This document shows, piece after piece, positions 17,676 to 26,028 of a stretch of 64,000 nucleotides of DNA; the stretch's first letter is position 1, and each line of letters opens with the position of its first letter. The notes under the pieces were generated by a model. That model made no database searches, had not been told where the DNA came from, and saw only the letters and a program-made list of their open reading frames with translations. Location of the stretch: contig JAJPHT010000030.1 in the NCBI GenBank assembly GCA_021325135.1, positions 128,001 through 192,000 on the forward strand, written 5' to 3'. The position numbers and the translations under genes are program-made. This DNA comes from Pseudomonadota bacterium. GTDB taxonomy: Archaea > Thermoplasmatota > SW-10-69-26 > JACQPN01 > JAJPHT01.

Positions 17676-18629
17676 TCACTCGTGCCGCACGCCTCCGCGT
17701 CGGCCAAGGATGGGGACGTGGCGCAGCCACGTGTGGGGGCCCACAAAGATCGCCAGCGCGATGACGACCGCGCTCGCGAGCATGTGGAGGGCGGGGATGC
17801 CGATCTTGTAGGTCCAGGCGCCTGGCGCGTTGGGGCTGGTGAGGTCTACGCTGAAGCGGACCGCGTCGGCCGCGTTGCCGCCGGTGCCTGCCTTGTAGCC
17901 CGTGATCTTGATGACGATGGGGTTGTCGTACGCGGGCTGGTAGGCCTTGCCGGCGGCGTCGGCGGCGCTCAGACTCTGGAAGCTCACCCCCGAAGTCCGC
18001 GTGTAGTTGCTCGCCAGCGCCGTGCCGTCGGTCTTGTCGAGGCCATCGAGGCTGACGATCGCGTCCGCTCCTTGGGCGAAGCCCACATGGAGGCCGAAGT
18101 CGGGCGAGGTGGGGCCGTGCCAGTCCGTGATGACGGGGGTCGCGTTGCCGGGCTTGTAGGCGTTGTACTGGCCCATGGCGTCCACCTTGAACGTGTACGC
18201 GGCGCCCGTGACGGTGTTGTCTTCGAGCTCGCCCACCGTGTGGTTGAGAATGAAGACGAGGCTCGTCGCGCTGCCCGGTGCCGTCTCGTTGGCGCCGCCC
18301 TGGCTCACGTTGGCGAGGGGCAAATCGGTGACAACGATGCCGTAAAAGGGCGCGCCATTGACGTTGGGCGCGTCGAAGATCGTGGTGTTGAGCCTGGAGG
18401 TGACGTCCACCTTGATGGGGACGCCTGTGGTATTCGTGCCGATGTACCAGGCTTGCTTGACGTCGCTGACGCGGACTGCGAGGTAGTCCCTCGTGGTGCC
18501 GGCGCTGGCGCTGTCGTTGTGGCCGTTGAAGATGGCCAGGACGGCCCAGGGCGAGAGGACCATCACGACGATGAGGATGGTGCTCATCAAGAGGGCGACT
18601 TCCTGGCGGGTGCGGGAGGATTCGATCAT
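17676..18629 (-). CDS. Surface glycoprotein with N-terminal signal/TM and C-terminal TM anchor (317 aa), spike-like topology
   Basis: Start at MIESSRTRQEVALLMSTILIVVMVLSPWAVLA; beta-rich ectodomain with sequons NDS, NTT x2, NVS, NET, NHT, NAT, NYT; C-terminal TM. Confidence 0.85.
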   Translation of the reverse strand: MIESSRTRQEVALLMSTILIVVMVLSPWAVLAIFNGHNDSASAGTTRDYLAVRVSDVKQAWYIGTNTTGVPIKVDVTSRLNTTIFDAPNVNGAPFYGIVVTDLPLANVSQGGANETAPGSATSLVFILNHTVGELEDNTVTGAAYTFKVDAMGQYNAYKPGNATPVITDWHGPTSPDFGLHVGFAQGADAIVSLDGLDKTDGTALASNYTRTSGVSFQSLSAADAAGKAYQPAYDNPIVIKITGYKAGTGGNAADAVRFSVDLTSPNAPGAWTYKIGIPALHMLASAVVIALAIFVGPHTWLRHVPILGRRGGVRHE

Positions 18630-19063
18630 TCGAGCGTGCTCCTGGGGGTCTTGGGCGCGTCCCGAGTCCCAGGCAGAGCCCGAGCTAGAGCCATGCCTCT
18701 TGCTCGGACCCCGCCTGGGGTCGGGACGGCCGCGACCGGTCACCCCCGCGGGGGGCCTGGCCTTGAGGCGCGTGCGCCACCGGACCACTCGGAGTCAGGC
18801 TCGTCGCCAGGCCCCTTGGGCCGGTCGTGGCAAGAAGACCCGACGGGCCTTCTCAACGGCCTGCTCCACGGTCTCCTAGATAAGTTGGTCGCCACTTTTT
18901 TCGAAGCGCACGGAATCGACGTCCCGGAACCACACGCGAAGCTCCCGCCCCCTGTGTCCCGTCCCCCGGGGGGATGCCCGTCGGTTTGTAGCCTCAGGTC
19001 CGTCAACGGAGGAGCGTCTCCGGTGGGGGCAGCCCGGTTGGCGATGGGCCGAGCATTTCAATT

Positions 19064-20482
19064 ATGACCGCGGGCGGTCCTGCAACGATGCAGGAGACTC
19101 GGACGTCGCAAAGGTGGACTTGGATCCTGGGGACCCGCCTGGGCGAGGGAGGTCAATCCGTCGCTCGCTTGGCGCGCCGAGAGGGCGACCAGGCCGAGCA
19201 TGTGCTCAAGGAGCCCCGTCGCAAGAAGGGTCATGCACCGGGCCGGGACGAGGCGCAGCAGTTGGCCCGCTTCCGCATCGAGGTGGACATCCTGAGGGCC
19301 CTCAACGCGGCTGGGTGCCCGAACATCGTCCGCGTGGTCGACTCGAATCTTCCGGATTCCAAGGACGAGTGGCCTTGGTACGTCATGCCACGCTACCGCG
19401 CGGGGGCGATGTGGAAGAAGGATCGTGACCCGGCCTACCTCGAGGTCTATGAGGGCGACATCGACCGCGTTCTCGAGATTGCGGAGGCCCTCTCCGACGT
19501 ACTCGTCTTCTTGCACGAAACCACGAGCGGCGCCCACCGCGACGTCAAGGCCGGCAACGTCTTCTTCGACACCAAGGGCGGAGCGCCCATCCTGGGCGAC
19601 TTCGGCCTCGCTCATGCCGGGGCGCAGCACGACGAGCATCTGACCGACCCGCGTGATTCCTTGGGGCCGGGCCGCTGGCGTCCGCCCGAGCTGCGTGTCG
19701 GCGGCGGCGCTCTGTGGCATCCAAATTCGGACGTCTACATGCTCGCCGGTCTCATCTACGAGGCCCTCTCAGGCGGCGACGCGTTCGACGAGGCCGAGCG
19801 CGCGAACGGCTCCTTCGCCCACGAGGCCCCCGAATGGAACCTGGCGCGCATCACGAACGACCCGCGTCTCCCATACGTGAACACGTTGCTGCGCAACATG
19901 TTCCGCCGAGACCCCATCCAGCGCCTTTCGAGCCGGGCAGCACGCGATGCCATCCGCAGCGTTCGCGCCTGGCGCCCCGGCGCGCCCCTCCCAACGACGG
20001 AGGATGCTGAGCAGCGCGCGCGAGACGCCGTCGCTACGTACTATGCATCTTCCCCCGCAGTCCGCGAGGAACGTCTCCGCTCTGAGCTGCTGGAGGTCTG
20101 TGCGCGCATCGATCGTGAGTATGGGCTGGGGAACTGGCAAGGTCCCGACCAGATCACGCGCATGGTCACGCGGAACACTGCCGATGGCCATGCCGTAGCC
20201 GCCGTTGAGGCGAACATGAAGGGTCTCCTCTGGGCGGCCGTCCGCGTTCTTGTAGGGTTCGAAGGCCACCCTTCGAGGCCCATGTTGATGTCGTACACGT
20301 TGTTCGGCCGCCGCGGCGACGAAGAGATCGTCGCCCACGTCGATGAGGAACAGGCTTGGCGCGTCCTCGCTCGGGGCGCACCGGGGTCGCCACAGCACGA
20401 AGACGTCCTTCGGCGGAGCGTGCGAGATGACCTTGAGCGGCTCACAAACGCGATGGCCGACCGAGTCCGCGAACTTCGATGA
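19064..20482 (+). CDS. Hanks-type Ser/Thr protein kinase with C-terminal domain of unknown function
   Basis: LGEGGQS Gly loop, VLK lysine, RFRIEVDIL helix-C Glu, HRDVKAGN catalytic loop, DFG, PPE, SDVYMLAG. Confidence 0.93.
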   Translation: MTAGGPATMQETRTSQRWTWILGTRLGEGGQSVARLARREGDQAEHVLKEPRRKKGHAPGRDEAQQLARFRIEVDILRALNAAGCPNIVRVVDSNLPDSKDEWPWYVMPRYRAGAMWKKDRDPAYLEVYEGDIDRVLEIAEALSDVLVFLHETTSGAHRDVKAGNVFFDTKGGAPILGDFGLAHAGAQHDEHLTDPRDSLGPGRWRPPELRVGGGALWHPNSDVYMLAGLIYEALSGGDAFDEAERANGSFAHEAPEWNLARITNDPRLPYVNTLLRNMFRRDPIQRLSSRAARDAIRSVRAWRPGAPLPTTEDAEQRARDAVATYYASSPAVREERLRSELLEVCARIDREYGLGNWQGPDQITRMVTRNTADGHAVAAVEANMKGLLWAAVRVLVGFEGHPSRPMLMSYTLFGRRGDEEIVAHVDEEQAWRVLARGAPGSPQHEDVLRRSVRDDLERLTNAMADRVRELR

Positions 20483-20484
20483 GC

Positions 20485-21198
20485 CTATCCGCTTTGGCGA
20501 CTGCTTCGGCGCGTGCTGAGAATGCCGTGTGCGCGTTGGTGGGCAAAGCAGAGCGGAGTGAACACGCGCTCGACGCAGTAGCGATGGACGGGAGGATCGA
20601 GAAGACTCCCACATTCGCTGCAGCGCAGCTTGGGGTATGCTTCGAAATGCCCCTCACAGAGTAGAGGAGCCTCGGGAATCTCGCGGCGGGAGCGCTCGGC
20701 TTGCGCTTGACCGATGCGCTCTTCACACCAGGGCACCTCGCACTGGGGAGCCTCGACAGGGCTCGGCGTTGAAAGTCTGCGCCCCTTTGCCTGGTCGATC
20801 AGGACGCTCGCCTCCGCCTTGGAGAGCGTGGCCTTGTCGAGGATCTCGACGCCGAGGTTCTGGAGGAGACGCAGCTGGGGCGAGGTGGCGGGTTCGGCCG
20901 GGCCTTCCTTGGCCGCCCAGTGGTGGAGAGGCGTGAGGGTCAACGTGACCAGGAGGGCCACGACGTCCGGAGGGGCTTCGGGGGCGCAGCGATGGGCCGT
21001 CGCAACGACGTGGCGCGCGTGGAGGAGCCACTCCTGGAGTTCTCCGGCGGGCGGTACCTTGCCGCCGCGGTGCTTGTGGCGCAGCAGCGCGTCCAGGATG
21101 GCGCGTTGGACGGGCCAGGCTTCCGTGGGAAAAGCCTGCGTGCAGACGAGCCTCACCAGGGGGCAGGCGTACGTGTCGAGGTATTCTTGCTCATCCAT
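20485..21198 (-). CDS. Hypothetical protein with a PAT.Q...LSK.EAS.LID helical module and two C-terminal Cys/His zinc fingers
   Basis: PATSPQLRLLQNLG...LSKAEASVLID; CEVPWC...CEGH and CSEC...CFAH. Confidence 0.75.
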   Translation of the reverse strand: MDEQEYLDTYACPLVRLVCTQAFPTEAWPVQRAILDALLRHKHRGGKVPPAGELQEWLLHARHVVATAHRCAPEAPPDVVALLVTLTLTPLHHWAAKEGPAEPATSPQLRLLQNLGVEILDKATLSKAEASVLIDQAKGRRLSTPSPVEAPQCEVPWCEERIGQAQAERSRREIPEAPLLCEGHFEAYPKLRCSECGSLLDPPVHRYCVERVFTPLCFAHQRAHGILSTRRSSRQSG

Positions 21199-21200
21199 GG

Positions 21201-21824
21201 TCAGCTCGCGGCTTGGCACCCATTATCCCCGGCGGCGACCCCCTCCAGAAGGGGTTGCGCCGGCGTGGCGGCTTCCGCCGGCGGAAGCCTGCCGCCTGAG
21301 GGATCTGCCGGTGGGGCGCTCTGGGTTGTCCAGAACATGCTCGTCATGGCGCTCAGCGTGGGCGCGACGATGACGTTCTTGTGCCCATGCTGGAGGGCCT
21401 CGACGTAGCCCATGCCCTTGAGATGGCGGACGAGGGCCGCGGCGGCGCGCGGCGTGCAGCCGAGACATTGGGCAAGCTGGGGGTGCAGGATGGGGTGCGC
21501 CATGTCGGCCTCGCACCAGAGCCTCCAGAAGACGGTCCAGCACCGGCGAAGGGAGTCGTCGTCGAGAACGCCAAGCGCCTTGTGGGGAAGATGCACGATG
21601 AGCCGAGTCCCGCGCCGGGTGGACTCGAGCCGCAAGTGGACGAGGCCCTTGTCTGCGAAGAGGTGGACTTCCCGTCGGACGTAGCCTGCATCAAGGCCCG
21701 AGACGTGGCTGAGCTCATCGATGGTGGCGCGGCCGCCATGGGCGCAGAGGACTTTCATGAGCACGACGCGGGCGCTGAGGGTCTTCGTATTCCGTTCAAA
21801 TGTGAGTTCCTTCCGCCATTCCAT
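21201..21824 (-). CDS. Tandem winged-HTH DNA-binding protein
   Basis: ATG after a CAGGTGA RBS; ATIDELSHVSGLDAGYVRREVHLFADKGLV and HPQLAQCLGCTPRAAAALVRHLKGMGYV. Confidence 0.75.
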   Translation of the reverse strand: MEWRKELTFERNTKTLSARVVLMKVLCAHGGRATIDELSHVSGLDAGYVRREVHLFADKGLVHLRLESTRRGTRLIVHLPHKALGVLDDDSLRRCWTVFWRLWCEADMAHPILHPQLAQCLGCTPRAAAALVRHLKGMGYVEALQHGHKNVIVAPTLSAMTSMFWTTQSAPPADPSGGRLPPAEAATPAQPLLEGVAAGDNGCQAAS

Positions 21825-22371
21825 GGGAGTCACCTGGGAGCGTGGGTTTGGAGGGATTCGTGGGGGGAGCGTAGTGTTCGCGGGCGCGGGCGAGGACGGC
21901 GTGGCCGAAGGGCGTGAGGGTGTAGTGCTTGAGCGTCTCGCGCTCGACGATGCCGTGGTGGAGCAGGCTGCGCATGTTGGCGGCGACGCCAAAGAGGTGG
22001 GCGCGAATGAGCTGGGAGCTGCTGAACCAACCCCCAGCGCTGAGGAACGAGGCCACCTCGAGGAGGAAGAGTTGGGTCTTGCAGCCGATCTTCTCGCCCT
22101 TGGGGGTTGGGATGCTTTCCTTCTCGTCGCGCTCGCGCAGGCGCTTGTGGTATTGTTTGTCGATGAGCTTGCCGCAGGCGGGGCACGCGATGCGGCGATG
22201 GCGTAGGCTGTTGCGCCGCAAGTCCGGCGCCTCGAAGCGCTGCCAGCATCGGGGGCAGACCAAGAGCACGGGCCGAAGCTGCCAGTGCGCCGAGGCCGTC
22301 TGGATGATGGGTGCCGAGATGCGCGAGGCTGACCGACGATGCGGGAGCGCGGGAGCTGTTGCATCATGCAT
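21796..22371 (-). CDS. Zinc-ribbon plus winged-helix protein
   Basis: CPRC...CPAC; MRSLLHHGIVER...YTLTPFG wHTH wing signature. Confidence 0.75.
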   Translation of the reverse strand: MHDATAPALPHRRSASRISAPIIQTASAHWQLRPVLLVCPRCWQRFEAPDLRRNSLRHRRIACPACGKLIDKQYHKRLRERDEKESIPTPKGEKIGCKTQLFLLEVASFLSAGGWFSSSQLIRAHLFGVAANMRSLLHHGIVERETLKHYTLTPFGHAVLARAREHYAPPTNPSKPTLPGDSHGMAEGTHI

Positions 22372-22384
22372 GTGGGGCCTCCGG

Positions 22385-23644
22385 TCAGTCTTCCTCAGGA
22401 CTTGCGACGAGGTCGTCGTCGGGGCGTTCGTGGGTGAGCAGCTTTGCGATCTCTCCGCTCTTGCGGAGTTCTTCGACGACGAGGCGTTCGAGGAGGACTT
22501 CGAGCCCGGGCGCCTTGGCCAGATCGAGGGTCAGCACGCGTCCGTCATGCAGCTCGGCTTCCGCGACGAAGCGAGCCACGACTCCGCGAGCCGCCTGGAT
22601 CTCCTCGAGCGTGACCAATTCGACATCGGTGTGAGCAGCCCGGGGCACGATGGGGGGCCCTTCGGCCTCATGCGGGAGCTCATGGCGGGCTTGAGCGAGG
22701 CTCCGCTTGGTGGCCCGGGGCGGCGTGGCCTGCCGCGTGAGGTCGTGCAGGAGGCTCTTCAGCCGTGCGTAGCCCGTCACATCGGCGGCGTCGAGCGCCA
22801 TGAGTTCGTCGCGCAGGTCCTCGCGCTTGAGCCGCTCGCACGCCTCGATGAGGTTCTTGCGTTCCTCTTCGGGAATGCAAGAGGGGGGCTCGGGGGTTGG
22901 GGCGGCGCGCAGTTCGTCCAGGAGTGATTCGTGGTGGGCGTGGTCGATGCGCTTGCGGACTTCAATGGCCCGATCCTCGGCGGGGAGCTCCAAGAGGTGG
23001 GGGTCTTTGCGGACGGCGGCCACCGCATCCACTTGGTCACGCTGGGAGCTGAAGGCCTGGGCCAGGCGGCTGACTTCCCGGCGTGTCTCATCCTCATCGA
23101 AGCCTTGCGCGATCCGCTCGGCGGCCTTTTGCGTCAGGCGGCCTTCGCCCACCGCTTCAGTGACGTCCTCGGGAAGGCTGCTTTGGGCGAGCCATGCACT
23201 CACGCGGCTCGGGCTCGCGTGAAGTTCGAGGGCGACGGCGGCCCGGGTCGGGAAGCGCTTGGGGTCCTCCTTGAGGAGGAAGCGAACGAGGTCGGCCAGG
23301 TCGGCGGGGTTGAGGTCGTCGTGCAGGAGGTTGACCTTCGCGCTGAAGACCGCGACTTCGAGGCCACTCTTGAGGCTGTGGACCTTCTCGCAGGGAACGC
23401 GCTCGCGCCCGGCTTCGAGGGCCGCGAGAAGCCGTCGCTGTCCATCGACGACTTCCCACATCGGGCGCTGTGTGCCCTCGACGTTGAGGACGCGGTCGGT
23501 CTTGCGGATCTTCAAGGGGTCACGGACGCCTTCGACGCGGATGTCCTCGACGAAGGCTTTCCAGTCGGATGGGTCGCGCTTGAGTCGCTTTCGGACGTGT
23601 TGGGGACTTACGAAGAGCTGGGCCGTTGGGATGCTCTCGCTCAT
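22385..23644 (-). CDS. parB: ParB/RepB/Spo0J family protein
   Basis: IRVEGVRDPLKIR...WEVVDGQRRLLAA (GxRR box), NLLHDDLNPADLA, HTH TRAAVALELHASPSRVSAWL. Confidence 0.9.
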   Translation of the reverse strand: MSESIPTAQLFVSPQHVRKRLKRDPSDWKAFVEDIRVEGVRDPLKIRKTDRVLNVEGTQRPMWEVVDGQRRLLAALEAGRERVPCEKVHSLKSGLEVAVFSAKVNLLHDDLNPADLADLVRFLLKEDPKRFPTRAAVALELHASPSRVSAWLAQSSLPEDVTEAVGEGRLTQKAAERIAQGFDEDETRREVSRLAQAFSSQRDQVDAVAAVRKDPHLLELPAEDRAIEVRKRIDHAHHESLLDELRAAPTPEPPSCIPEEERKNLIEACERLKREDLRDELMALDAADVTGYARLKSLLHDLTRQATPPRATKRSLAQARHELPHEAEGPPIVPRAAHTDVELVTLEEIQAARGVVARFVAEAELHDGRVLTLDLAKAPGLEVLLERLVVEELRKSGEIAKLLTHERPDDDLVASPEED

Positions 23645-23648
23645 GGTG

Positions 23649-24695
23649 TCACTCCTGGGGTTCAGCCTCCCTCCTCGTTCCGCAATCCGCCTTGGGAGGC
23701 GGTCCTGCTTCTGCGGACGCGTTCACGTTGCGCGGGACCGGAGCCGCTTCTGCCCTCGGGTGCCCACGGTCTTCGGAGGCGCCGCAATGGGGCCTGGGCC
23801 CTTGGCAGGGCCCAAGCTGGAGTCGGTGGGGGCAGAGGCATGATCCGGCCTCGTTCGTCGTGGCTCCCACGCGCTCGTCACCGAGCAGCGGAGAGCCTTC
23901 CACCTCGTGGGGAACTTGAGGGGTCATAAGCTCTTCGTGGCGAGCCGCGGCGTCTCCCCTGAGGTTCGCGGCGACCCGGGTGTTTCCAGTGCATTCGGCT
24001 GGCCGGATTGGGCACGATCCGCATTCGGCTGGCCGAATCGGCTGGCCCGAAGAAGGAGGAGAAACCGGGGGCGGTGCCGCTGATGGGATGCACGCGGCCC
24101 CCGGGGACTGCCGGCACTGGGATGCACCTGCAGTGGAAGACCGGAGCAGGGACATCGGCGATAAGGACTTGGGACGTTGCGACTGCGACCGCTCCATCCA
24201 TTGCCGCGCCAGAACGCACCCGCGCCGGAAAAGGGGGCACGGAGCGCCGCTCACCAGCGCCGTCGCGCACGGCCGCGCTTCGGCGCGCAGTCGAAGGCGC
24301 CCCCCGGGCAAGCGTTCCACCAGCGTGGAGCGGGCGATGACGTTGAACGCCCACCGGTCCCCCGGCGCCGCGCCGACGCCTTCGCAGACGTTCGCGAAGC
24401 TCGCTCCTTGCTCGCCGATGCCAGGGGCTGTCAAAGCAGCAAGGTAGGCCTTCGCTCGCCCTTTGAAGAGCAGGGCATGGGCACGCTGGAGCGGACAGAC
24501 AACTCCACATCCAGCCTTCCAGTACCCGATCCGCCGGCCAAGACGTTGGCAGACGATCAGCCCGCGCTTCTCGAGCGTCTGCAAGGCATACGCCGCCGTG
24601 CCCTGGGGGACCCCGGCCATCTCGCGAAGGGCCGCAGGAGTCGATGCCGGATGCGCCTCGATGAGGCTCAACAGGCGCATCTCGGTCGTGCTCAA
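23649..24695 (-). CDS. Winged-HTH transcriptional regulator (C-terminal half low-complexity, possibly read-through)
   Basis: LLSLIEAHPASTPAALREMAGVPQGTAAYALQTLEKRGLI is a MarR/ArsR-like wHTH; start TTG 24695 or ATG 24680. Confidence 0.65.
   Translation of the reverse strand: MSTTEMRLLSLIEAHPASTPAALREMAGVPQGTAAYALQTLEKRGLIVCQRLGRRIGYWKAGCGVVCPLQRAHALLFKGRAKAYLAALTAPGIGEQGASFANVCEGVGAAPGDRWAFNVIARSTLVERLPGGRLRLRAEARPCATALVSGAPCPLFRRGCVLARQWMERSQSQRPKSLSPMSLLRSSTAGASQCRQSPGAACIPSAAPPPVSPPSSGQPIRPAECGSCPIRPAECTGNTRVAANLRGDAAARHEELMTPQVPHEVEGSPLLGDERVGATTNEAGSCLCPHRLQLGPCQGPRPHCGASEDRGHPRAEAAPVPRNVNASAEAGPPPKADCGTRREAEPQE
23991..24050. repeat. Tandem palindromic sites ATTCGGC-TG-GCCGAAT (candidate parS/operator)
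   Basis: GCATTCGGCTGGCCG at 23991 and 24021 (30-bp period). The second copy forms a perfect 7-2-7 inverted repeat and a third degenerate copy overlaps it. Confidence 0.7.
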
Positions 24696-24699
24696 AGCC

Positions 24700-25347
24700 T
24701 CACGACGCAGCGTTTCCCACCCCCCGAACGAAGGTCTTCTGGACGGCGTAGACGCGGTATCCAGCCTCCTTCCAAGACGAGAGGAAACCGCGGATGGCAA
24801 ACTTGTGAGCCACCTCCGCGAGCTTCTGGATGGTGCGACGGTCGTTCCCCGCCCCCACGTCACGGAGCCGAAACGGCGGATCGTAGACCCGCCGCGACTC
24901 GAGAAAGCGAGAGAACTGCTCTTCGAGGTCTTGGGCACCGCGTTTCAACTCGTCGAGGCTGCTGGGCTCATCGCCCTTCCTCCAAGCCGCGATCGTGACC
25001 AGGTGGTGCTTTGGAAGAAGCGAGCCCAACAGCGTGCTCAACGCGCGCCGATCCCCCGTGAGAGTTACCTGGACGAGGTCGAGAGGATCAAACGAGGGCG
25101 AGACTTCGGCCAGGAGCTTCGGAGCAACCCGCACGCGGCCTCCTGGAATCCAGACCTGGAGGAGCAACGAGCGGATGCCGGCTGCCGACGCCAAGGCCCA
25201 GAGCGAAGCCTCCACGTCGTCGTGGGAACCCACCCGCGCGACGTGCCGGTCGACCAGAGACGCAACGGCGCAACGACCCGAGAGAAGCCACGGGTCCTCT
25301 CGCGTTCCGCTGCCTCGAATCTTCATTGAGATTGTCGTCGCTTCCAT
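24700..25347 (-). CDS. Hypothetical protein (~215 aa)
   Basis: Open frame with globular composition, ending 4 bp before the probable TTG start of the wHTH gene; no recognisable motif. Confidence 0.55.
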   Translation of the reverse strand: MEATTISMKIRGSGTREDPWLLSGRCAVASLVDRHVARVGSHDDVEASLWALASAAGIRSLLLQVWIPGGRVRVAPKLLAEVSPSFDPLDLVQVTLTGDRRALSTLLGSLLPKHHLVTIAAWRKGDEPSSLDELKRGAQDLEEQFSRFLESRRVYDPPFRLRDVGAGNDRRTIQKLAEVAHKFAIRGFLSSWKEAGYRVYAVQKTFVRGVGNAAS

Positions 25348-25648
25348 GGGGGCCACTCTCGCCTGGCCCTCCACGCGTCCTGTCAACGACCGCGCGCCTC
25401 CCCCTCCATGAAGGTTTGGCACACCGCGCCTCAGACCGCGCAAACGGTGCCGTTGACTCCCACGCCGAAAGGAATATTGCGGACACATGCGACACGGCCC
25501 GCGTCGCCGATCGGTGATGGACAGCGCCGAACTCCGACGCAACAAGGCCCAGGAGCACGCCCAGCATGCGCTCAGATCCGAGAATGCGAACCCCCACCCG
25601 CGACGCAGACCGCCGCCTCACCATGAAACCGGCGTTCAGGATGGCGCC

Positions 25649-25888
25649 ATGACAGACGCTCTCCCCAGCGACGCGCGCTCGTACTACAAACGCCTCTCGC
25701 TGCGACTCCAAGATGCGATGTCGCTTCGGGGAGACAGCCGGCCCATCGGTGTGGGTCAAATGGTCCGCCTCATGGCGCTCTATGATCAGCGCTTGCCCCT
25801 CACGGGAGCGGATGCCCTCACCGCGAAGCGCCTGGACGTTCTCCGCGAGATCCTCGCGAGCGACCGACTCACCCCCATCACGAGGTAA
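25649..25888 (+). CDS. Small hypothetical helical protein (start uncertain; 25517 is an alternative)
   Basis: MTDALPSDARSYYKRLSLRLQDAM... looks helical and protein-like; followed closely by an RBS-led ORF. Confidence 0.45.
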   Translation: MTDALPSDARSYYKRLSLRLQDAMSLRGDSRPIGVGQMVRLMALYDQRLPLTGADALTAKRLDVLREILASDRLTPITR

Positions 25889-25893
25889 AGCTC

Positions 25894-26028
25894 ATGGCTC
25901 CAGATCAGGCCAGCATCGTTCGAGCGCTTCGCAGCCTCGTCTTCACCGACAAGCTTCTCAAGATCGAGGACGCGTGGCGCTACCTCGACCTGCTTGGACT
26001 TCCCCGAGATGCTCTCGACGACAAGTGA
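25894..26028 (+). CDS. 44-aa small protein (below the ORF-track cutoff)
   Basis: GAGGT RBS at 25882; MAPDQASIVRALRSLVFTDKLLKIEDAWRYLDLLGLPRDALDDK; GC3-rich codons. Confidence 0.5.
   Translation: MAPDQASIVRALRSLVFTDKLLKIEDAWRYLDLLGLPRDALDDK

Noticed and set aside
18876-18878. Pyrrolysine read-through of the in-frame TAG
   Set aside because: No pyl genes or methyltransferase context in the window, and TAG is used as a normal stop in many genes here.
4403-19067. Long plus-strand ORFs (e.g. 4403..7273, 7546..9261, 13267..15597, 17682..19067)
   Set aside because: They mirror coupled minus-strand genes that have RBSs and TM patterns; they have no motifs of their own.
23991-24050. Mini-CRISPR array
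   Set aside because: Only two full 15-bp units with a 15-bp gap; too short, and no cas genes.
24463-25329. Plus-strand 288-aa ORF
   Set aside because: Overlaps two minus-strand genes of a co-directional module, so it is most likely their antisense shadow, although the 24700..25347 call itself is only moderately supported.
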